DNA from: the human T2T-CHM13v2.0 reference genome, Homo sapiens
Length of the DNA: 64,000 bases
Reading direction: 5' to 3' (one strand)
Assembly (NCBI RefSeq): GCF_009914755.1
Contig: NC_060929.1
In this document: one piece after another, positions 13,855 to 25,505 of the stretch
How positions within the stretch are numbered: the first letter of the stretch is position 1
Layout of the letters: each line of letters starts with the position of its first letter
Made by a program: the position numbers and the translations under genes
The notes under the pieces: generated by a model
Seen by the model: the letters and a program-made list of their open reading frames with translations, nothing else
Told to the model about the DNA's origin: nothing
The model's database searches: none

Positions 13855-14556
13855 GGTGCCTCTATATGATGCCGAGATATCAGTTGATTCAGAAAAGTCA
13901 GACAGATAAAATGGCAGCCAAATGTTGCTTTATTATTGAGATGGACTAATACCATTCATGGTTTCCACCTTGTGGTTTTGTCAGCCTATCTGAGAGACAC
14001 AATCCAGATACAGTAGAAACTCTCTTACTAGACTCAGTAGATTAATGCAAATTCTCGAGCACCTCTGCAAAACCTACTGACTAGTGGCCAGGGCAGGCTG
14101 AATGTTTGAGGCTTGTATGTGACTTCCTGGAATGCCCACACACTTCTGCTGCCTCCAGCTGTGTTGCATGCTTACTAAGAGTGTGTTTGTAATTAGACAG
14201 TAAAATTTAATACACAAGGCAAAGAAAACTTAGGGCAAAAAGGGAGAAAAGTTGCTATTTCTATGAGAACTAAGTTGAATGCTTTGGGAAAACAATCAAT
14301 AAAGGCAACGTAAGCCAAAAATATTAAAAAATGACTCAGGCAAGGAGCCTGTCTTCCTGGATTCACAAGGAAGTAGAGGATTTCAGGAACTGATGCAATT
14401 TTAATACAAAGTAGAAAGTGGTGCCTGCTACAAGAAAATCACACCTAAATTTCTATGCAAATAGATTACAGTTTGGAGCTTAGGGGTTACAATTCTAACA
14501 TTCAGTTAGATTCAGAGATTTAATTTCTAAATCCTAATTAAAACTGATTTATTTCC

Positions 14557-14860
14557 AGCCGAGCACGGTGGCTCACACCTGTAATCCCAGCACTCTGGGA
14601 GACCGAGGCGGGCGGATCACTTGAGGTCAGGAGTTCAAGACCTGCCTAGTTAACATGGCAAAACCCTGTCTCTACTAAAAATACAAAAATTAGCCAGGCG
14701 TGCTGGTGGGTGCCTGTAATCCCAGCTACTCGGGAGGCTGAGGCAGGAGAATCGCTTGAACTGGGAGGCGGAAGTTGCTGTGAGCCGAGATTGCGCCTCT
14801 CCACCACTCCAGCCTGGGCGACATAGTGAGAGATTCTGTCTCAAAAAACATAAAAATAAA
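14557..14860 (+). mobile_element. AluS element
   Basis: Alu consensus, TSD-like aaactgatttattt on both sides. Confidence 0.95.
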
Positions 14861-15493
14861 CTGATTTATTTTCTATAATAAATCTAGAAAAGGCTAACAT
14901 GCCATTCTGCAAATAAAACCAGTGGAACTTAGAATGTTGCAATACTGAGAATATATTTTTTTTAAAAAAAAACGTGTATAATTCTCATTTCATCATAAAA
15001 CCTCGGGCTGAATCTAGCTGTACTTTCCTAAGATTGCAATAAATCTACTAATTGCAATGACTATTCCTCAAGAATTTAATGAGCGTGGTTTACTGGCAAA
15101 TTCATTTCTACCTTTCAGCTGGGTGGTCTTGGGCTCTTGCTAAGCCTCTCTGACCGTCAGTTTTCTCCTATGTAAAACTGTGGATAACAACACTTATTTC
15201 ATGAGGATGCTGTGAGAATTAAATGAAACAATTTATGTAAGCGCTGGCACATGGTAGTTACCCTTCTCTGCCGCAAGGCAGTGCCCCCACGGGTTTAATT
15301 AAAGCTTTGGCTCTTTGCCTCTCAGTGAACAAAAAACTTTGAGTGTCATAATTAATGGATGAAGTCCAAAAAAATAGAATGTCAAAACCACGCGCAGGAT
15401 AAAAACGAATAAGCTGGCACCCTTTTCAAATTCCTAGGCTCATTTCCCCCCCTAAATTTAGACAGGGTTGGCTGCTTGAAAAATGGCGTGAGC

Positions 15494-15507
15494 CTGCCAT
15501 CTAGTGG
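15494..15507 (-). promoter_or_regulatory. CTCF motif
   Basis: Minus strand reads CCACTAGATGGCAG, a strong CTCF core variant, in non-repetitive sequence. Confidence 0.65.
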
Positions 15508-15937
15508 CTACATGGAGGAACACCAAACCCCTTGTGTTCAGGAACCAGAGCTAGAGAATCTTTCCAAAAGGCATCTCTAATTTTAAAAACACCCCCTCAA
15601 CACAAGATTTGATTGGCAGCAACATGCCAACTTCCTTAATCACAGCAACGAAACTACTAACACATTCTTCGAGTTCTCCTCCACTGTGTGCCCCACATTC
15701 CCAGCCAAGGCCTTGCTGTTCTGTGGTCTCACAGGCTTTCACCCTGTCAAAACCAGCTGTCAGTCAGCTGTTACATTAAAAAGAATCTGATTCATTTACT
15801 TTGTAATCTTATTAAAAATAATTCCTACTGCAAAGTATCCCCATGGGGATTTGCATTTTGATTTGATTTCACTTAGATACTATTTGACTTTGCGTTGGGT
15901 TTTACTATGTATTTAGCTAAGGATGCAATTCTTCAAG

Positions 15938-16665
15938 GCAGTGTCGCTCCAGCTGCATCAAAGTGCATCAGAATATTCTGGAGGGCTTTTTAAAGCTCAG
16001 AATATGGGGGCCCCATCACTACACTTTCTGACAATGTGACTTTCTAATGAGTTCCCAGATACTATTGAAGGAAATCAAAATTTTTTACCCCAAAGTATAT
16101 TTACTTGACATATTTTGGGAGATAGATGGTTGTCAAAGAGCCCGCAAACAGAAGTGGCCCTGCAAGGCTATCTTTAGTGGGGAAGATTTGCATCTGTAGA
16201 GAATCTACATTAATGCAGCTAGGTCCTCCCTTGTCCAGATGTAGGAAGATTACCTGAGAGTCTGACACCTTTAAACATCAGAAAGAAACATTTACCACCT
16301 ATCTCTCTGAAGGTTGCTACTTTGTTACCTAACAAGATCACCTTTTCTAAACAAGCCACTTCTTCTCCCCGTCCCATAACCTGTCTTGCCACTATAACCT
16401 GATTGACCACCATAACCTGGTTTCGGCCATGCAGTGAGCCTTCATTATTTCTGTAGGCTCAAGTTGCATTCCATTACGGGGTTGGGCAGTCACACTGTAG
16501 CCCTTCCCACGTACACGTTAATAAATTTTGTATGCCTTTTCTCTAATTAATCTGCCTTTTGTGAGTTCATTTTTCAGCAAACCTTCAGAGGGCAAAGGGG
16601 AAGTTTTCTCCTTGACCCCTAGAATACGATATTGTTTATCTGGGGACCACAATTTGGGAATGATG
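15938..16665. mobile_element. MER5A-like DNA transposon split by an LTR insertion
   Basis: MER5 motifs (tgcatcagaat..ctggaggg, tttctaatgagttcccag) left of the LTR and ctggggaccacaatttgggaa right of it. Confidence 0.6.
16066..16623 (+). mobile_element. Solo ERV1 LTR (MER39/MER34 family)
   Basis: Starts tgaaggaaatcaaaattttttaccccaaa. Has AATAAA at ~16520. Ends ggggaagttttctccttgacccctaga. Confidence 0.8.
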
Positions 16666-16762
16666 GACCAACTTCTAATGACACAATTTCATAATAAGAC
16701 ACAGCTAATGAGCAAGACCATTTTTAAAAGGCATTTCTGCAGGCTGAGACAAGAAATTAACA

Positions 16763-17050
16763 TGTGAACAACACAAATTATTTTAAATTACCAGGCCTAG
16801 AGAGACATTAAAATGAGACCAGCATATGCCCTTTGAACTATGTATTCATCTCTTGAAACTGCTTACTGTTGCTATAAGTAGCTATAAATTATCTAACAAT
16901 GCAACAATGGACACCATAATCCATACTCTATAACTTAACAATGTGTAGCCAATCATTAATCACTGTTATTTCTATAAACCAATGAGAATTCCTGACAATT
17001 TTATATCAGCCGCTCCCTGTCCCCCTTTTTTTGCCTTTAAAATCCTCCCT
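16763..17050 (+). mobile_element. Partial ERV1 LTR (LTR54/MER57-like)
   Basis: Paired CCAAT motifs (tagccaatca, aaaccaatgagaattcctgac) and cccctttttgcctttaaaa TATA region. Truncated at an Alu. Confidence 0.6.
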
Positions 17051-17052
17051 GC

Positions 17053-17370
17053 AGCTGGGTGCTGTGGGTCACGCCTGTAATCCCAGCACTTTGGGAGGCC
17101 AAGGCGGTGGATCACCTGAGGTCAGGAGTTCGAGACCAGCCTGACCAACATGACAAAACCCTGTCTCTACTAAAAATACAAAAATTAGCTGGGCATGATG
17201 GCATGCGCCTGTAGTCCCAGCTACTCGGGAGGCTGAGGCAGGAGAATCGCTTGAACCCAGGAGGCAGATGTTGCAGTAAGCCAAGATCACACACTGCACT
17301 CCAGCCTGGGTGACAGAGCGAGACACTGTCTAAAAAAACAAAAACAAAAACAAAAAAAACAAAAAAACAA
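17053..17370 (+). mobile_element. AluS element
   Basis: Alu consensus. Confidence 0.95.
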
Positions 17371-18122
17371 ACTTTCCTATGTTACCACCTACATTTCTGA
17401 AATTCTCCACTGCCACCACTGCACTTGAGGTGACCACCCTCTCTCTCCAAGTCTCAGTATTTATGTCACTTCCTCCAGGACAATCTCCCTGACCACTAGT
17501 CTAGGTTCGGGGCCTGTCTGAGGACTTTCACAGCACTCTACACTTCCTTCCACACTCAGGCCATGACCACAATAAATGTAAATTGAGTGTTCACTTGTTC
17601 CAATCCCAGCCCAGATGCTGAGGGTTTTACCATACACACATTGTATCTCAAATGCCTGGGGCAGGGCCTGGCTCAGAATAGGTGTTCAGTGTTTCTTAAA
17701 TGGATGAACAAACGAATGAATAAAAATGAGTACATGAGTAGCTGCCCTCTCCACTTGGCCCCTTCTATAAGACATAAAAAAAAATGGGTAGCTCTGAGTA
17801 AAGTGTTTTCCAGTTCAGAGATGTCTGGCCTTGGTAGGAGCGTGCTGACTTCCCAGAGTATCGTGAGTGGCTGTGATCTGAATAACATATCACGGCTGAG
17901 TGTGAGCCAGGCTTACACTCAGGACATGATGCAAGCGATGCTTTGCTTAAGTTCAACAAACACATTGAAGCCTTATGGTACATCAGGCATCATGCTAGAG
18001 ACACCGAGTATAAAGATCTGCTAATCACTCCTGTGAGACAGGCGCACAAACAGAATAGTACTGCAGCATCCCAGAGGACGGAGAAGCAGTGTGGGCCAAT
18101 CAGGAAAAATGAATTAGGCCTT

Positions 18123-18405
18123 TGTAATGAGTTTCATAGTGGCCCCTGAAAGATGTATCCAGGCCCCACCCTCAGTATCTGCGAACATGATGTTATTTGG
18201 AGAAAAGGGCTTTGCAGATGTAATTAAGTAAAGACTCTTGTGATGAGATCATCCAGATTTAGGAAGGCCCTGTGTTCAATGACTAGCATCCTTCTAAGAG
18301 AAAAGAGAGGGAGATTTGAGAAAAGGAGAAATATGGAGATGGCTATGGGAAGCTGAAGGTAGAGACTGGAGTGACAGGCCAAGGAATGCCAAGGATTGCC
18401 TCGTA
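18123..18405 (+). mobile_element. MaLR LTR fragment (MLT1-type)
   Basis: ttatttggagaaaagggctttgcagatgtaattaag, gccaaggaatgccaaggattgcc. Confidence 0.75.
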
Positions 18406-18486
18406 GGCATTTATTATTTCCCACTCACTACAGGATTTTTTCCTTTACTTTTTCCTTTTACCTGAAATCAGCCACTTTATAACTAG

Positions 18487-18924
<438 letters not shown>

Positions 18925-20700
18925 TAATAGAGAACTCTGTAAAATAAGATATTGAAAATGAAAATAAGATAAATACGTATTTTTAACCCAAACAAGATCT
19001 TGTCAGGCTACTTACTTTGAAACACATGATCTTCTTCAGTACTTGCCCCTAATGGCAGTAGTCTTAGTAAAGATTTAATTTTACAGGAAAAATGTTCCTT
19101 CTCAGCCCCCAAGCCAAATGTCCTCATCATCCTACCCTCAGAAACTCTATCCACACTTTGCCCAAGCCCCCGGAACTCACCAGTCTGGATTTGATCCGTC
19201 TCCAAGACCAAGCGGGGTGGTGCTCACACACCCCTGATCCTCCATCTGTGAAAGCAGAGACCAGAGAAGCATTTGATCTGCCTAAGACATCAGAGACAAG
19301 TTCAGTGGGCGCTCTCTGAGCCATTTCCTAAAAGTAGAGCCTGGGCTTCTGGTCCAATCTAGGGAGAGAGCACATGGTCCTCCAGACTTTGCTGACCTTA
19401 TACTGGTCTATATGGTCTAGGTTCATCAAAGTGTTACTTTTGCCCCCTCTTCAAATTGTGCTGTTTAAACTTCTATTTCTCCATCTTCATCACTATCATG
19501 TCCCCTTGGGGTTGCAATCTCAAGAAGCCAACATATTGAAATGTTCAGAGCAATAAATGGTCTCCATAATCTTTGCAGTGAATACATCAACTCTATTTTG
19601 CTATCCCAATAAGCTTTTAAATATCCTAGTTTCATATGAATTTACATCAGGCCATAATGAGGCAATGGGACAACATTTAAACCACATATAGACTAAGTGG
19701 CGTTTAACTCACCAACTCAAGTGTGGAAGAAATTTCACATTATTTCCTTTAAACCTACTTTTCTCATTATGTCCTTCTGTAGACTTCCATGGGAATCTGG
19801 GGAGCTTATAAATACTTGAAAAAGTCAACAAGAGTTATTTAATCTTCAGCCCATTGTGATTGCTGCCACTATCCTCACTGTCTGATTCTGCAGGGCCCCT
19901 TGAAGTGGGCGGCTCCACCGCAGCCATGACACTGGGGCGCAAGGCACCTTGCCAAGCCGACCTAGGTTTCAGGCTTCTGGAGTTGAGCACTCCATTGGCA
20001 GTTTCTTCTGCAGCTTTGCCATTCTCTAGGTAAGGGCTAGGGCTGCTGCCAAGATTCCATCACGTCATAGTGCTATTGTATCATGGCCTCTTACCACTCT
20101 AGGAGAGGGGCTGGAGCATCCCTAATTATGCAGGTGAAAGCCCCTCTCAGGCAATCTGAAGTCTGGCTTTGCTAGAACTCTGTGCTGGCCTAGAATAAAC
20201 AGGCCAAAGGTGCCCACGTGCCTGCTACCCCTACAGTCTGAAACTTCTCCAGTGAACACTGCTGTTTCAGGTCTGACAATCTGTGCCCCCTGGTCATTTG
20301 CCCTTATTTGTACATCAGATGCCCTATCCCAGAAAAGGAGATGATGAATCTCTGGAGTATGAATCACTTCATTATTTTATATCATTTTTTAAAATTATCT
20401 GATACTCTAAAGCCACGCAAAAAGATTAAGGGCATATTTGAACTACCTTTTAACAAGGCATGCTGAATATATGGTTGATTGTCACACGGTTCAATAAAAA
20501 TTCACTAAAGCAATAGTGAAATAAATGTAAAAAGTCTAAATTCAAAATGTAAAGAGAATGGGAGAGGAGACAATGAAGAAGAAATTAACATGTTTTTTTG
20601 AGACTGAAAGTTGATATAGGAATGGTAACTGATTTACCAGAGCTGAGAAAGCTTAAAACATGACTTCAGGAAAGAGGTTTCCAAAAAAGAAATCCTATTC

Positions 20701-21086
20701 AGGAAAGAAAGAAAAAAAGGAAGGAAGGAAGGAAGGAAGGAAGGGAGGAAGGGAGGAAAGGAGAAAGGGGGAAGGGAGGAAGAGGGGAAGGGAGGGAAGG
20801 AGGGAGGGAAGGGAAGGAAGTAGGGAGGGAAGGAAGGGGAGGGAGGGAAGGAGGGAGGGAAGGAGGGAGGGAAGGAGGGAGGGAAGGAGGGAGGGAAGGA
20901 GGGAGGGAAGGAGGAAGGAAGGAAAGAGGGGAGGGAGGGAGGGAAGGAGGAAGGAAGGAAAGAGGGAAGGAAGGAAAAGACGGAGGGAAGGAAGGGAGGG
21001 AGGGAGGGAAAGAAAGGGAGAAAAAGAAGGAAGGAAAGAAGGAAGAGATGGAGGGAAGGTGAGACGGGAAGGAGGGAGGAGAGAGA
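20701..21086 (+). repeat. Polypurine (GGAA/GGGA)n low-complexity tract
   Basis: About 385 nt almost entirely A/G, with a tandem 11-mer gagggagggaa-type core. Confidence 0.95.
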
Positions 21087-21559
21087 AGCTCACAGAAATT
21101 GAAGGCTCCAGGTAACCTAGAAGATAGACTGAAATGTATGTGATCAGTTGATAATCTGTATAAGGAGCAGCTAAGCTCTCAGATCCCCATGCCCTCATCA
21201 CAGCCAAGCAACTGCTCTTCCCTAACCCCCACAGCATACTGCAGTGCTTGTTCTCAAAGGACACTGCAGCAGAGAGACCCTAGACTCTGGAACACCTGGC
21301 ACCCAGAAAGCAGGAGAAGGCATCCAACTAAAGACAGGCTCTGAGAATGCCAGCTCCCTTCCCTACCTCACTCTCAAAACACTTTCAAATAAATTTAGTT
21401 TTAAGAAAATATCTGCTGACAGAATATCAGAGGATCCCTTGGTGGAGAAAATAAATGCCCCCCAAGAAGCTCTATATATAATTTTTGTGAAATAGTTTTG
21501 TGAATAGATCTCTCAGTTGTCTAATCATCAATATGCCGGAGATGATGATGCCCAGTCAC

Positions 21560-21745
21560 TTTGGCATGATTGACGTTTTGGACCATAGAATTCCTTGTTG
21601 CTGAGGCTGTCTTGTGCATTGCAGGATGTTTCAAAGCATCCTTGGTTTCTCCCACTACATGTCAGTGATGGCCATTCAAAAATGTCCCGAGACAATGCCA
21701 AATGTCTCCTAGGGGAAACAATCATGCCCCATATAAGTACTGCCA
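21560..21745. mobile_element. MER20 (hAT-Charlie) relic
   Basis: ggctgtcttgtgcattgcaggatgttt...gacaatgccaaatgtctcctagggg. Confidence 0.7.
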
Positions 21746-22046
21746 CCCTACAAGGAAACCCATTAGCCCATTAGTCAACAAATACCACAAACATACACAT
21801 AGCTCCCAAACAGCTTTCTAATTACTCACTTCTAATGATGAGCAGCCAACAGAAGCTCCAAAGCAAAATAAGACAGAAACTAAAATAAACAGAACAAAGA
21901 AACTCTTAAAAATCAAACAGGGAGAATTTCTATGTGTGTTTAAAATTGTCTGTGAGAAAAAAAGTTGTTAAGTACAAAATAAAAATATGGAGATAAATGT
22001 AACAAGCAGTTAAAATGCTAAGGACTTTTGTCTCAAAAATGAGGTT

Positions 22047-22389
<343 letters not shown>

Positions 22390-23535
22390 TCACTATTAGT
22401 GCTAAGAAAACATTAGGTGATAACTGCCAAATGTGTACACAGACAAGTGATATAAAAATTTAAAACAGAGGAACACACTTAGCTTAGCTTTAGGAGATTC
22501 TGGCATCTCATAGGAAAAGGGATCAAATTATAAATGATATACGTCTGGAAATTCAGTAAAAATAGTAGGTTGTGCACAGTGTTTTTGCCATAGTAGTGAA
22601 GGCACGGATTTCTTTTGTTTGGTGTTCTTGGGGACAAGATGACAAATGTAAAAGTCCCTTAATTAGTGAGAAATCACCAGCCTTCTTTGGATCTACCCCA
22701 CTTAGGGAGAGGAGATGGTAAAATGACGAATAAAGGGAAAAGTGACTGAGGAAAGAAAGGTGAGAGGAAGCTGCAGAGGCAGGAGGTGGAGGGAAAGTGC
22801 AGATCTGCTGGCGCGGGGTCTGGGGTCTCAGGTCTCGGCCGCCTGGGGAGCCACCTGCCTGGAGAGGCAGGTTGCGATGGCAGCGCTGGGCTACAGACCC
22901 CGCCTTATCTGCGGGGAGGAGAGGACGGGTGGAGTCACTTGCCGCATTGCCACAGCCCCCTCCTCCTAGTTTTAAGAAGAACCGAAGCATTGTTTCTGCT
23001 TTAACAGCAGTCACTCATTCCTTATAACTGAAAACAACGACGGTGGGCTCTGGCACCTCTTTCGGCTCCTTGTACTGTTGGAAAAAAAAGTCTGGGAAAA
23101 CGTGTACCTTGTTTTTTAAATGGGGATGATTGTGATAGCCAACAGGCATATGATAGTTTTATTTCCTTGCTTTTTCCCCCCAGTACATTGACGATTCTTT
23201 GTAGCTACTTGAACTGATTTTAAAGACATTTCGAAAGAACTATAAGTCAAGCTATAAAGTATTTGGCTTTTGCGGGAATAAAACACGCCTTTTGAGTCAA
23301 ACACAGGTCTTTCAGGCACTAAAAACAAGTAGGAAATGAGAAAAAAAATTAAAACCAGAAGACTTCAGGAAAGTGACAAATTGGAAAGCATTCTAGAAGA
23401 CTCATAGGACGACTTTATGTGAAAGAAGCACTCTAGGAGCTTTAAAAGCTTATGGGCAATTTATATTATAAAAGGATTTTAGGCTCAAAAGTTTTGGGGG
23501 AAGGCACAGAAAAAACAGTGCCATATTCTTAAATT

Positions 23536-23733
23536 GGCGGGGCGAGCAAAGGTCGTGGAGAAGACCCCGGGAAGCTGCTGGAGCCGGCAGAGGAGGAATC
23601 CCAGGTTTTGCGCGGAACTGGCCACTGTAAGTGGTTCAATGTGCGCATGGGATTTGGATTCATCTCCATGATAAACCGAGAGGGAAGCGCCTTGGATATT
23701 CCAGTCGATGTATTTGTACACCAATTCCTGTGA
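23536..23733 (+). pseudogene. LIN28B-derived coding segment (N-terminus and first half of the cold-shock domain), truncated
   Basis: Translates to GGASKGRGEDPGKLLEPAEEESQVLRGTGHCKWFNVRMGFGFISMINREGSALDIPVDVFVHQ then FL*. About 4 of 63 residues differ from LIN28B as I recall it. In-frame TAA at 23530-23532 immediately upstream. Confidence 0.92.
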
Positions 23734-23833
23734 TGTCACCAAATCCCCAAAAAGAAACACATGCCTAGGTGCTGTACTTTGTCTCTCTTTAGACATGTTG
23801 ATAAATGCTGTGAGATTCTGCTGTTTGAGGATG

Positions 23834-24105
23834 AGACAGGATCTCGCTCTGCTGTCCAGGCCGAAGTACAGTGTTGTGGTCATAGCTTGCTGTAACCTCA
23901 AGCTCATGAGCTCAAGTGATCTTCCCACCTCAGCCTCTCATGTAGCTAGGACTACAGGTGTACACTACCATGCCTGGCTAATTTTTTTCTTTTATTATTT
24001 TTTTTTTTTTTGGTAGAGACAGGGTCCCAGGCTGGCTTTGAACTGCTGGCCTCAAGTGATCTTCCTTCTTCCACCTCCCAAAGTGCTGGCCATAACACCT
24101 GGTCT
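23834..24105 (-). mobile_element. Antisense AluJ lacking its poly(T) tail, inside the retrocopy
   Basis: Begins abruptly at agacaggatctcgctctg with no T-run before it. Confidence 0.85.
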
Positions 24106-24918
24106 TTCTGAACATTTTCAATTGTATATTTTTATTTTACAAAGCCAGAGATATAAATAATATTCAAGGCATCCAAGAAAAAAAAATTTAAAACAGAAAA
24201 AGTTATTTTTCTCTCCTCCTAAGAGATTGAGTGAATGATCTTAAAGGGCTGGTAAAAATTGAGAAGGGTGGAGGGAAGTGTGGGGCGGGGGAAACATTTC
24301 AGGCAGAATTCTGTTTAGATGAGACCCCACACGCAAGTTGGGAAAGGTCCAAGCATATGGAGACAACAGAATCAATGTTACTAGAGCAGTTAACAGGGAA
24401 ACCAGGGTCGGATTTGAGTTTCCTCAATGGGAAGATAGGAGGGCTCCAGTGGAAAATCTCCAAGGTCATGTCAAACTCTAACTAGAATGTTACTAACTAG
24501 AATGTCTAACTAGAATGTCCAACTGTAATCTAATGTAGAATATCTAAACTGAATCTACTGTAACTCTAAAAATTGTTAAGGGTGATATCAACCAGTATTT
24601 AGGATTAGGAAGTATCTTTAGGGTTCCAGTCCTGGAGAGAGAATATGTTCATATCCAGGCCTTTGAGAAACTGACAAGATGAAAAGTATCAGTTTATAAC
24701 GTCATTATTTGAAGATAATTCATAAAAGAAACATTAAATCCACTAAAAATGGGAATATCATTTATTATTAAATAATGGAAAAATTTTATAGGGACAATCA
24801 TATTGCAAAGAGAAACTAAAGATTATTTTTTAAAAATCAATCTTACACTTAAAAATTTGTTTATAATAACAATTATGTCCTAATTCCTACAAGAAACAAA
24901 AATAGAATTAAGGATTGA

Positions 24919-25420
<502 letters not shown>

Positions 25421-25505
25421 GCCATCATCCTTTTACAAGGTTTGCAAATTTATGGTGTAATATATTTGGGTTCTATTTACATTACATATTCTGCTTGACA
25501 TTGAC

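Larger units (their letters stand above)
22470..24181 (+). pseudogene. Processed retrocopy of a non-canonical LIN28B transcript
   Basis: 16-bp direct repeats aaaaatttaaaacaga at 22454-22469 and 24182-24197. A-tail at ~24175-24186 preceded by TATAAA (24152-24157). Contains LIN28B coding sequence without flanking splice sites. Confidence 0.8.

Noticed and set aside
20660-21264. 151-aa R/E/G-rich ORF (+) and 189-aa L/P/S-rich ORF (-)
   Set aside because: Both are translations of the polypurine simple repeat, which has no stops by composition.
23536-23724. Functional LIN28 paralog gene or genomic exon duplication
   Set aside because: There is no AG acceptor or GT donor at the segment ends, there are in-frame stops on both sides, and no zinc-knuckle exons occur in the window.
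23485-24016. 147-aa minus-strand and 102-aa plus-strand ORFs over the retrocopy
   Set aside because: They are the antisense or off-frame shadow of the LIN28B segment plus Alu sequence. The meaningful frame is + from 23536.
24478-24565. Short aactagaatgt tandem repeats
   Set aside because: A small degenerate minisatellite with no evidence of function.
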